A stretch of DNA of 64,000 bases, taken from assembly GCA_019828565.1 (NCBI GenBank), contig JAHDYR010000069.1, forward strand, positions 372,001 to 436,000, written 5' to 3'. Under the pieces are notes generated by a model. The model did no database searches and was not told the DNA's origin. It worked only from the letters and a program-made list of their open reading frames with translations. Position 1 is the stretch's first letter. Each line of letters opens with the position of its first letter. The position numbers and the translations under genes are program-made. Below, in pieces: positions 33,701 through 41,179 of the stretch. Origin of the DNA: Carpediemonas membranifera BICM. Lineage: Eukaryota; Protista; Fornicata.

Positions 33701-36168
33701 CGCCAGTGCCGCAGGATCCTGGTCTGTGTGGCGCTCACGGCAGCACAGTGCTGCTTCCCCATGTCGATAGCTGAGGAACTTTCGCAGGCTTCGAGCAGGG
33801 TCGGGGTCAGTGTGACAAACGCCTTGAGCGGTCCCGCCACGCGTGCGTGGACCATCGCCAGGAGTCGCATCTGATCTGGCAGGCTAGTCAACGCGTCTGG
33901 GGCGACATGCAGTGACGCCCCGCGGGTCCTGGAGTGCCGATCGTGCAGCTTTGTCAGGCTCTCCGTGACTTTGGTCGAGTCGGCCACGTATGCCGTAAAC
34001 ATTGCGTTAACCTTGACCCTGATGTCCATGAGGATGGCGGGCCGAGTCGCGAGCGACTCGAGAGCTGTCAGAATCTTAACGATGGGAACAGGTGAGATGT
34101 GGGGGCCGGCCTGGAGATGGTGATCCATCGCCGCAACTAGGACTGTGATCACACGGAGCTCTGCATCTGACAGGTGTTGCTTGAAGTTGAAGTAGGCAGA
34201 GTCAAATTTTGACTCGAAAGTGGGGTCGACTCTGAATATATCCGAGCCGAACTGGGCGATCGCCTGGGCCGACTCCACTACGTTCGTCCGGACATCACAG
34301 AGCAGAGCGGCCGAGGCCTGGATGGTCACGGGGAGGACGGCGGCGTCGAGGGTTCCAAAGTCGGAGAGAGCTTGGGCAACCTCTTTCAGGTCGGAAACGC
34401 GGTCCTCAAACACTTCGAGCGGCATGAGAACGTGCGCTGGGACTCGCCAGGGGACTTCGGGGTTCGAGGACGCGATCTCGTCGCGGAGTCGGAAGAATCT
34501 GTTTCTGAAGACTGTAAGGGCACGCGACACATCCGTGAGACGGTCGATGTAATCGTCAGGCTCCGCAATCATTTCGGAGACAGCGCCAATGTGGCAAGTC
34601 AGGCGGCGCATCGTGTCATGCGCCAATTCTCGCAGGATAGTGGCCAGTCGGCTGTGGTTGGAGACGTACGGACTGTATCTCCATATAATATTCACTACGT
34701 GGAAACAGATATGGAAGATATGACCGAGATCCTCAAGAGGCTCTGTCTGTATCCTGTTGGCAAGCATTGTCAGGCGCTGGAGAAGTAGTGTGACGCTCTT
34801 CGCCTCTTCCAGAGCCTTGTTGACGTCCCTTTGCATGTTTGCGTGAGTCAGTGCGTGCGCGGGTCTCGTCTTCTCCGCGAGCCTGACGAACCTCCTGCAC
34901 GGGTCGCTACTGAGCTGTGTCGCCGTGGCCTGCAGGTCCTGCAGCCTCTCCTGCCATGCGTTGAGCAGTGCGCCCACCCCCCTGGGCTCGGTGACTCTGA
35001 CGAAGTCGGCCGGCTCACCCAGGAGTCTGGAGTACGATGAGTCGTCGATGGTACGGGGCTGGGGGCGCATGTCGGTAGTCTGCCCGCGAGCTAGGCGATC
35101 GTAGAACGAGTCTGTGGCCGTCCGAGCAGTGTCAATGGTTCCAACGGCGGACTCGGTCCTGTCGGCGACGCTCACCGTGTCCGCTGTCCGATGGGCGGCC
35201 TCAGAGGGCTCGTGGGCCTGTCTCTCTGTCTCCCCAGGGTCGGCAGCAGGGGCAAGGGCAGGCTCTTTCTCAGCCCCGTCGTCTCTTTCCACGTTGGTGC
35301 GACCAAAGACGGAGTCGATGTCAGCCCGCAGTAAAATGTTGGTCTGTGCTGACCATACGGTCATGATGGAATCCACCGCTCTGGCCTTGACTGCGGCCGA
35401 CTCCTGGTCGTTGCTGGTCTCGTCCATCGGCAGGGGCAGCACGGGGTGACCCTGTTCGTTCCCTATCGACAGCTGCAGACTGAGAATGAAACGGCGGATG
35501 GTGTCGATGAACCCTGCGCCGAGTGTCTGGGACCCATCACCTGTCACTATAGGCACGGCTATCTGTTGAGTAATATGCTCTAGGGACAGTAGAAGGGAGG
35601 TCTTGGCCGCAAGCATGCCCACAGTTACCTCGTCCCAGGCAGACGGGGTCGTAAGCTCAACGGGGGAGGACCGGAGCAGGTATATGACGCGGTGGTGCAT
35701 GTGTGTGAACGGCTGGATGCTGGCGACGACGGTGAAGGGGACGTCGGCGTCCTTGTGCTCTTCCACGGACAAAAAGAGCCGCTGGACGCGTGGGTTGCTC
35801 ACGAATTGCTCAATTGCAGCATCATTCTTGATTTGGTCGCGGAATAGGTGGTCTGGACAGTGTAGTGCCGCCGAAAGGATGCCCACGACGTATTTTCGGG
35901 CCTGGGAAAAGTGCCCGCTATCATGGATCACCCCATTGGGGTTAACGCCGTCGTTTGGGACTATACGAGAAGCCACTTGTCGTGGCGCCTCGTAGTCGGC
36001 GTGTATGTCCATCAAGCAAATTTGAACGCAGGATAAGGTGCAAGAAATTTGTGGGGATTGGAGGCTAGTGTGCTGCTGCTTGAGCACACAGCGTCGCATG
36101 GTTGCGCGTCCTTGTCGAGCCGACTCTGGCATCTCCAGAGACTCAACCCCGTGAGTGATTTTCGACAA
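24793..36168 (-). CDS. Highly divergent dynein heavy chain-like protein (DNHD1-like)
   Basis: DHC tail-like (FHVVNIIWRYSPY..RLATILRE), linker-like (PHHWRMI..QLESVDREW), and a stalk coiled coil ending RWAGEL..CVGDAIIAS. No intact P-loops seen. True start may be 36012. Confidence 0.7.
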   Translation of the reverse strand: MSKITHGVESLEMPESARQGRATMRRCVLKQQHTSLQSPQISCTLSCVQICLMDIHADYEAPRQVASRIVPNDGVNPNGVIHDSGHFSQARKYVVGILSAALHCPDHLFRDQIKNDAAIEQFVSNPRVQRLFLSVEEHKDADVPFTVVASIQPFTHMHHRVIYLLRSSPVELTTPSAWDEVTVGMLAAKTSLLLSLEHITQQIAVPIVTGDGSQTLGAGFIDTIRRFILSLQLSIGNEQGHPVLPLPMDETSNDQESAAVKARAVDSIMTVWSAQTNILLRADIDSVFGRTNVERDDGAEKEPALAPAADPGETERQAHEPSEAAHRTADTVSVADRTESAVGTIDTARTATDSFYDRLARGQTTDMRPQPRTIDDSSYSRLLGEPADFVRVTEPRGVGALLNAWQERLQDLQATATQLSSDPCRRFVRLAEKTRPAHALTHANMQRDVNKALEEAKSVTLLLQRLTMLANRIQTEPLEDLGHIFHICFHVVNIIWRYSPYVSNHSRLATILRELAHDTMRRLTCHIGAVSEMIAEPDDYIDRLTDVSRALTVFRNRFFRLRDEIASSNPEVPWRVPAHVLMPLEVFEDRVSDLKEVAQALSDFGTLDAAVLPVTIQASAALLCDVRTNVVESAQAIAQFGSDIFRVDPTFESKFDSAYFNFKQHLSDAELRVITVLVAAMDHHLQAGPHISPVPIVKILTALESLATRPAILMDIRVKVNAMFTAYVADSTKVTESLTKLHDRHSRTRGASLHVAPDALTSLPDQMRLLAMVHARVAGPLKAFVTLTPTLLEACESSSAIDMGKQHCAAVSATQTRILRHWRRAATELFADINMLVIKPAATLSGTTLTLSLKQELWAFMEDVSYLMRHKEEYPASTTSGPIIVETVAETFDRYPSMRMILVSAKALELRLAAAVGPLVGWAEILPLLGNDIAAVVSAFTGTETAVDQAVAVITGRESAACPFDWRCDPSDFTRMAAAVTAALDKLEADFNVLQSTQTLATTIRVFWQGTVSVHPVFEPEHVLAHPTDPAPLPCEEMLAKSSFADPKSVPETVYSAVTLPFLPAEPQWEAAEDLAGLTHMTQVTVQALRRQVADIGAQYDDYLTNVAHALGIAHTAVSFAEFAAQCRGMVATASAALVLSHLVALGRACESKTGLAVPVQMLTTRASEGDGVVFTPVLAGNGSIISALEGYVAELLQLPTALGQTYDAHVARGDTLPGPFKSDVPGVVGGNDAIAAAIGVFMSHCTRAVAVLDRHKASFTEFSASWLERVRQRITSTQSSGREISIDRPVALGAVRSTHPVTGLALPDPSVLGFSLDAATMTLEQELRGLPTTVRAGPVVVETGPAVMRLPATVARLVFESLSGMLENTQRWMENTLEFTREAMVRLDVFRHWHEMNTLTNSTVEPGPELLGVLGTSAEIKDVNAAVSRIIQSAKAVISVLLKHHVPVGSLSTVTGRAHLDWGRCVDSYASALPDINAYRAIIVDQMASRPAAIMEAVDQVHTVVMGLVQCPKNANALPVTENALESLEKCQEMIGVIKKDLADLNDRLAIAGQSPHESPNLESVESRIRDTIRTFEAIAQVRAEAQATTDLVLEGTEATVARLRHFIEVMESALEYSGTMKSGVRDVLDRFVKAHVTMLHVVIEVCQSSVAPHHWRMIVQDLGDTSLLQKLQREPLPSLGDAFNLNLHIETVHALVTRVIATANTERDSAAQLESVDREWGSLSATFLLHECRIDVETTQHVDLRELAAASAAKVLALSTGPILEHRAAATKWVGTFDKLSRVMDSLTSLTRTIRAVRYICRIAGGGIPSVPDYTAAMRRLVQLIAHISQQGSLLTLVSSELPDDPALIEEALHPALESVGRRLLSILFGESIPQRFDSTESVLYFAHHVTTLSGISDSVLTLEALISVEASDDPTFFIIPEQDPESVMVHTFLRSLAVTEGCIQLQQIILGIKSVEIDSDRKLVTSATTVDGVTIPLVGTPMPCSAVRTDSPSPIATALADLRLSLSEVIAQLIEAVVVTLVETICSRSWSASVQAMWAHICAVVPPAVLATGTAIGTDLVVMLPLLGASVAFNPGVIPGILQHLSTAGKELQARLVTLSAQSKRPHHIIVHNVSALLSGLDRIQTLSDTILKMCGAVAGSAVIPSVPRVVARCGPLTLPPSVAAEYVGGADLEALSALGVAAAKPAPAVARVDVDGSTRLVPLLEALSHPRLTLSTVARAAACGATLPEADVTDPELAAQLLLDAVRADTDNGPVPGHDLMTIRMATDPFKFYDADMTTTLLASVYSRAEGKDYLNVPPSSRPDAVTALPPALIRELDPAEPPLMAKPARALELVHGKSCASAAMVHLATVVEATHGSAAALSATLNPDLADRVVDVVSELIPDESPVDLAPFTDRIIQTVLVLTRSDTVSVVGPKFARDFIIDRTGPVLKKRVIPVHFKEYSAPSFKVEDAIYSFIGAIRAEQLDVIRAKQVATPHKVVLANNSLGLPAISITDGKSWRDLEIEVNLKIWTDSMLGLAPSFDSNTFRAAVTVTIDAFLAPVVAAASQLTSNDLSHKGLSDFLDVLTGFIAIVTDALGPANAVDVLDPSALRTVLCYALCWSLGLCGSGNTDWPRLIATLLTETFESTPAVTGMLTAGRGITDERKHAAMLAQWHPLFITEPSHAPQATVATVQDLPQAVGVLAAVLRAAREARLGAKAIAPLTTHRPVVFPPSLAPVETVLAQHACGLAPVPELVKTTNPCRSASTPPTVFAFIAQRPLIRALGDLFSPTDLQARVIKPAAAVSVHYVTTSLEDPALLSVLGGTVVLSGRAVGVASLNTLSLSAPCNETQPAPGVFPVIVPRAMIAHTMKTLLTAAAQETLAPKPALATQSAVLVAATLELCGPTPCALMVLRSVLSAVTASRAEDVDRLANLWISVASIFTRSDEVYAIAKERFLANKPSPAQSAGLVSAAAAQALLDAGIVLVPDLTGRVIRTSSQRMIKAVSLSEYLHGALSVVSQTDVPEYSSGTVIPVLIPVSGVPEPLKPKGRHRPKLTPTTANWADQALGALGAMFSVTHGPDDFVPAHAAALEWVASLSMLLATRPPLLSLSCAALSSASSPVTGTGSAFIETSCPTPLLIQLMAVALQSSTDEGRLVPVSLDGSNMANLAEAYCAALAVCVRHHKDVLLFLSVPDEADPAVLGSLSELVLFGYSETLFNDRPDCRAVLAKTLVRLRSATAIEDAPIVINQLIASTGRSIHIIAHGPAARPAPTLVLRDQTPAELADAVAAAMRTLAGARGDSHAYPARPTSSMSLWSALAAGRPSTPPVGGAVNKAAKPVPIGTRLEEHGRTVAALQGKPYAAAVAGAIPVLLTTASAKTTAIALVGAVLRVAPDSMLPAAFQTMIGLLTQRSIRIASRLTVLRRSGEHVQGLRNKVVSIESNLAEQASAIGQRVKSLAELETQLGSEFSQKTSLQKSLSSAQTTGSSLDDKAAGLRAKLEAPDSQLAAIATQLKAHVGHLLKAISGGDPMSCAPDRDTRLITAVSAMAMVLASASRLFASGRVTQDARVATLRRTLFGTARKLVDDIGSLEPGMLNLATTRTLMQRLREIMPSVDVTTVVDPAGRIEVDLPTLPTPFLDHVLRITVLHLCACRLREDTIVPGNEQLSTVVAAQKKNAGLIRNLEARIAASVVSVTRLQVEFISIDQGLQVERNAYKELIAQKDELTLQLNETESSAARWAGELQRLRGSARNCVGDAIIASVAIVVGSKEEGTLGPAVASLDDACVDHSDVQQALATEEEVGALFT

Positions 36169-36274
36169 TGGAGAGCTTCTCAGACAGTGTGTAAGCGTGG
36201 GAGCAGGAACTGCGTACAGCGTTCTTGGTGCATTTTAGAACAGAGAATTTGACTGTCAGACAAAAGCGTCCAAG

Positions 36275-36865
36275 ATGGCCGAATTGTTTCTTATTGGCCA
36301 GTTGAAAGGAGGAATAGGGTTCTCACAACCAGAACTGAGCTGCAAATACTCACTAGTACTCGGTGAAGCCTGGAAGGTCGTAGACGTTCGTTTCTCCTCC
36401 CCAAACTCACACAGGGCGAAACCGAAGCGAATACACAAGTAGATGAAGGATTACCTGGCGAGATGTGCACTTGGTCCTGCCCTATCGACGTTCATCTCAC
36501 CACCGAGTCCGTGAACGACTGGCCCAAGCTCGTCTTCGAGGTCTGGTCCCGCGATAGGTTTGGAAGGAATGATCTTGGTATGTACGATGGTGCACGATGC
36601 TCACACAGCAGGCTACGGGGTGTGCAATATTCCATATAACGTGGGGAACCACCAGCTGAAGGTCCACTGCTGGAAACCCGTCGGGAATGCACTGGAGCGC
36701 CTCACTGAGTTGTTCGTGGGGGGTTCTGTGGTCCTTAAGCGGCCTGAGATCATCCTGAACAGCGATGATCGGGAGGACCTGGTGACGAGGCCGACGGGCG
36801 TCATCGAGCTCGAGCTGAATGTGCTTGCTAACGGGTTCGAGGCGGTTGATGGAATCGAGAGGTAG
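36275..36865 (+). CDS. B9D2: B9 domain ciliary transition-zone protein (introns 36386-36414, 36578-36608)
   Basis: Spliced product [67 protein letters not shown]..FVGG. Both introns are GT..CTCACACAG and keep the frame. Confidence 0.9.
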
Positions 36866-36956
36866 GAGGCATGTTTTCCATGTAAACTTAGCGTTTGGCG
36901 GCCACAGAGTGGAGGTCTCGGTGGGAGGTCAGGAGAGTGGGTCGAACAGACCTCCG

Positions 36957-38795
36957 ATGCCGAGCACCATAAGGGGAGAGATGCTTCGGCGCATGGCCGT
37001 GGCATGGGCTCTGTTGCCTGTATTGAGATCTGTGCAGTTTAGCCCACTCGGTGATTGTTGGATGAATAGCAGGTTCCGAAACGACCTGTTTTCTGGCAAC
37101 AGACGCGATCTCATCCAAAAGCTTCGCAGTGAGGCAGAATATGCCGTCAAAAGCTCCGATAAGCTTCATCCCGGCGTTCCAGCGGATATCCGCAACGCAG
37201 ATCGTGTCCTCTTGATGCTTTCCTTCGCAACCATCCACAGCCAGGCAAATATCCGCTGGGAGATCTGCAAGCTGATCTCTACGGTGCTTCCCCATGCCTC
37301 TGAGCCTTACATCCTCCACGCCCTCGGGTCCCAGCCAAACTGGTCGTTCCCCATCCCCACAGACCTCGTTGCCAGTGCCCCGCCCTCACCCGACTTCCTC
37401 TCCGTCCTCAGACTCCTCCCCCCAGGCTTCTCCCACCCTGTCGCGACATGTGACCGCCGCGTGTCCAACCAGTTGTCACTGCCCAACTCAGACCAGATGT
37501 TGGGCGACTCCTACTCGGGCGAGTTGTGCAAGGACATCGACTACTTCACCGTTCTCCATTCTCTGACTCGGGTCGACCACGCAGCCCTCGCACGAGTAGC
37601 CTCGGCCTCAGTTGTACACCGACTTCTCCAAGACCACGAGGTGTCGGTCAGAGTTGTCGCGTGTCGCACCCTTATTCCGGCACTTTGCACATGGATCCGA
37701 CTCCACCCTGATGCCGATACCGCTGTGGTCTCCTTGACTCTGTCTCGAGTCGCTTCTGAGACCGAGGACCCGCTGCCAGAGGTCAGGCTCGCTGCCATGA
37801 AGGGACTGTGGCACTTTCCCCGGGCCCTGTCCATGTCCGCACCGGCCCAGCGGCCTGATGTCGCCGATGCGAGCATGGATGGCAGCATTCCGCTGATGCT
37901 TCAGATGCTGGCTCGACACGCGACCACAGCTGCTGAGGCCGCGCTGATACAGGCATTCAAGGTGGAGTACCCCGACCCCGCCGCTATTGCCCACGGAACA
38001 GAGGTCCTCGGCCAAATACTCGCAAGCATCACAACCCAATCGCTCCCAATGGCAATCTCTCTCGCCCTCGCTATCAGAGTTCTAGACATTCGCCAGTGTG
38101 TTGACCTCGGCATGCTACGAAGCATCTTCCTACGTACTGGGATCACTGGAATGGCCGGTAGGGTCCTCGCCTCCCACCTCTGGGCTGAACCCGATGAAAC
38201 TTTACCAGTGCAGTTTAAGGCAGATGTTGTGGCCAACACAATCATGCCGAATCACAAGCCGTGGCCGTATGACACCGCCCTGGCCGCAGTCACCGCCGCA
38301 CTAGAGGGAACCATGCCCTTTATTGACTCGAGCGCTGGGTTCTCCATTGATCCAACAAGCGGTATGATCACTGCGACGCCCTACGACATGCCCGCCGCAT
38401 GCGGAGTCGTGGCGTGGCAGGGGATGTATGTGACGGCGCTGGCTAGGGGGCTGGCCAAGCAGGTCAAGGGCGAGGGTGCCGTGGGTGAATTTGAGGCGTG
38501 CCGGTGGATCGCCGAGAAGGCTGGCTTGCAGGGGAGGCTGGCACATCAATTGATTGGCCCTGAAGATGGCCGGACGGGCCCTTTAGAGCTGCCCACTGCT
38601 GAGCAGCTTGGGTCAATCAAGAGATTGCCCTCAATTTTTGGATATGTTTTGATTGAGTCAGCTCCATGGTCAGCCCCGTTCATCCGAGTCGACGGCGGGG
38701 CCATCCACGCCGTGCCTGTGGGTAGTGTTGTCATAGCCGGTGCCACTGCCGGTGTGCTGTGGGTTGAGCTGGCTGGGAGCAGGGTTGCATTTTGA
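36957..38795 (+). CDS. Hypothetical HEAT/ARM-repeat protein
   Basis: LLQDHEVSVRVVAC and EDPLPEVRLAAMKGL HEAT-like motifs; start uncertain. Confidence 0.6.
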   Translation: MPSTIRGEMLRRMAVAWALLPVLRSVQFSPLGDCWMNSRFRNDLFSGNRRDLIQKLRSEAEYAVKSSDKLHPGVPADIRNADRVLLMLSFATIHSQANIRWEICKLISTVLPHASEPYILHALGSQPNWSFPIPTDLVASAPPSPDFLSVLRLLPPGFSHPVATCDRRVSNQLSLPNSDQMLGDSYSGELCKDIDYFTVLHSLTRVDHAALARVASASVVHRLLQDHEVSVRVVACRTLIPALCTWIRLHPDADTAVVSLTLSRVASETEDPLPEVRLAAMKGLWHFPRALSMSAPAQRPDVADASMDGSIPLMLQMLARHATTAAEAALIQAFKVEYPDPAAIAHGTEVLGQILASITTQSLPMAISLALAIRVLDIRQCVDLGMLRSIFLRTGITGMAGRVLASHLWAEPDETLPVQFKADVVANTIMPNHKPWPYDTALAAVTAALEGTMPFIDSSAGFSIDPTSGMITATPYDMPAACGVVAWQGMYVTALARGLAKQVKGEGAVGEFEACRWIAEKAGLQGRLAHQLIGPEDGRTGPLELPTAEQLGSIKRLPSIFGYVLIESAPWSAPFIRVDGGAIHAVPVGSVVIAGATAGVLWVELAGSRVAF

Positions 38796-38880
38796 CTGGG
38801 TCTTGTTCGGCCAGCTACGGATTATTAAACCATGAGCTTATCTCTGACTCGACCCAGAGTTATCTGCAATATTTACTACG

Positions 38881-40164
38881 TTAAACGCCAAACAGCTGCT
38901 GGATGACGAGCTCCACGTTACCACTGTACTGGACAAGCAGCTGAAGGTTCAGCTCCTCGTTGGGGAAGCCCATCTCCCTCAGCTGAGTCAGCTGAGTCGA
39001 GAACGCGTCCCGGGGGTTGGCCGGGGGTGCGGCGGGCGTGGGGACTGCCTGAGGCGAGGCCTGGGCCTGGCCCATGCCGGGCATACCCATACCGGGGAAC
39101 CCCATGCCGGTCATACCGCCCATCCCGCCCTCAAGCAGGGGCCTGAGCACGTTATGCCGGTCAAGTACCATGATGGCGTTCTGCATCTGGACCATCGCCT
39201 GCTGTACTTCGGGGTGGTTGAATGCCGCTTGGACCTCAGGCGTCATGCCGGGCATGCCCATGCCAGGGAAGGCGGGGGTCGCGCCAGCCCCAGGCATGGA
39301 GGATCCGGGGGCTGGGGCCGTGGGGGCTGAGGGAGCGGGGCCGCCAGCGGGGGCGGCCGGGGTGGCCATCCAAGGGTTGGGCGCGTCCTCAGTCTCCATG
39401 TCTGGACCGTGGAGAGCGCTCGTGGCGCGTCTGAGGGCGTCCGCACCGCCAGGCAGGGACTCTGCGTGGGCAAAGGCGCGGTCCGACTGGCGCATGGCCT
39501 CTTGCATCAGCGCAGGGTTGGAGAAGAGGTTCATGGCCTCTCTGAGGGCAGCGGGGTCGTTGAGCATGTTGGCGATTTCCGGGTTAGACTCGCGCAGGGC
39601 ACGCATTTGGGGGTTAGAGTTGAGGATCGACTGGAGCATCTCAGGGTTGTTGAGCATCTGCTGCATCATGGGGGTGTTCATCATCTGCTGCATCATCTCG
39701 GGGTTGTTCATCATCGCGCTCATGCCCGGCATATCAAAGGGATTGCCTGAGGCGCCGGGGTTGAAGGATGGGAAGGCAGCGGGGCCGGAGGAGGCGGGGG
39801 CTGCCGGACGAGGGGCAGCAGCGGGTGCAGGAGCCGGGGCTGGGGCTGGATCGGCGGCAGCAGGCTTGGGCGCGGGCTTGACGGCGGCCTTCGGGATGAC
39901 CACGTGAACGGTGCTGCCGTCGGTGATGCCTGGGTCATTTGGTGAGAAATGAACGTACCATATTTGTCAAGGTTCTCGTTCTGCTGAAGAATACGGCCCG
40001 TGAAGATGATCCGCATGCGCTCAGTGGTACATTCAAACTTTTCCTAGATGAGGGCGCCGAGGGGGACGTACAGCGATCTTGTTCATGAGTTCCGTTACGC
40101 TCGCGCTGTTATCTACATCAATATCAGAAATCTCGCCGCTAGGTTGACGAATAGAGAGCTTCAT
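38881..40164 (-). CDS. DSK2: Ubiquilin/Dsk2 (UBL-STI1-UBA); introns 39930-39958 and 40044-40071
   Basis: UBL RIIFTGRIL..GITDGSTVHVV; STI1 repeats MNNPEMM, SNPQMR; UBA FSTQLTQLREMGF..GNVE. Confidence 0.92.
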
Positions 40165-40408
40165 GTGGAAATCAATCAATGAGCTTGACAAGACATCAAA
40201 TGATCACCCGCCCCTCCTCGAACCAAGTCGTGACCACAGATGCCCTCATCCACTCCCATGGAGACAGTGCCGTGGCTTTCAAGGCCTGATTTATGTTGTA
40301 GGGAGGTCGGATAAGAATATTCAAGCCTGGTCAACGGCGGGAGAATGACCCGGACCGAGACAACTAGAAGTATGCAGCTACTATGATACAATCCTCGGCA
40401 CATGGCCG

Positions 40409-40939
40409 TTAAACTCCGAGCAGGAGGCGGAGAAGCCCACAGAATGTGAGGCCGCCGGTGATGAGGCAATGGACGCCAATAACCAGGATCTCGGTCGCCC
40501 GCTGGTCCTTGGTGGTCAGGGTCGGGCTGACGAGCTGCAGGCTGACCGTGGTGATGGCTGTGACCTGCTCGATGATCCTGAAAACGAGGGTTGCCAGCCA
40601 GAATGATGAGACAAGCGTGCCGACACAATAGGCCGTCCTGCCGCTGACGGACATCAGTGTGCTACACGCCAGGGTCCATGTGAATAGGCTGAGGATCTTG
40701 AGACGGTGGCGGCGAAGAGCGTGGAACAGAAGTGCGTCGACGGCAACGAGGAGGCAGAAGATGGCGAATATGGCCCATAGGCCGTTGACGTAGTGGAAGT
40801 GCGTGGCTGTGCGGTGCCAGTACTGTAGCTGGTGGTGGATACCGGATAGCGAGCGCTGAATGAAGTGTCGGAGTACAATCATCCGAGAACTATACGTTCC
40901 GTATTTCAGCACACGGTCGCAAAGCATGCTGGATGCCAT
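40409..40939 (-). CDS. Hypothetical multi-pass membrane protein (3' end may be spliced)
   Basis: Several hydrophobic segments. Confidence 0.5.
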   Translation of the reverse strand: MASSMLCDRVLKYGTYSSRMIVLRHFIQRSLSGIHHQLQYWHRTATHFHYVNGLWAIFAIFCLLVAVDALLFHALRRHRLKILSLFTWTLACSTLMSVSGRTAYCVGTLVSSFWLATLVFRIIEQVTAITTVSLQLVSPTLTTKDQRATEILVIGVHCLITGGLTFCGLLRLLLGV

Positions 40940-41179
40940 TTTCTAGCTCGTTCAATGATTGCTGTCGTTCGCTGATCCCTCACGTGTCATTCGCAGCTGA
41001 ACGACTTCACTGACACACTTCGCAGTCGCCGAGTCGGAATGTAAGGGTGTCACAGATATCCCAAGACTCAACCGACGCCCGCTGATGACAACCAGACCCG
41101 TCATCCGGCCACCAGTCATCAAGGAACACGCTCGACCTCATTCAAAGTGCCTTTATCATTCATCACATAATACAAAACC

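Noticed and set aside
36450-36460. TTACCTGG resembling the U1 snRNA 5' end
   Set aside because: Lies in B9D2 exon 2 (codons Leu-Pro-Gly); no U1 structure follows.
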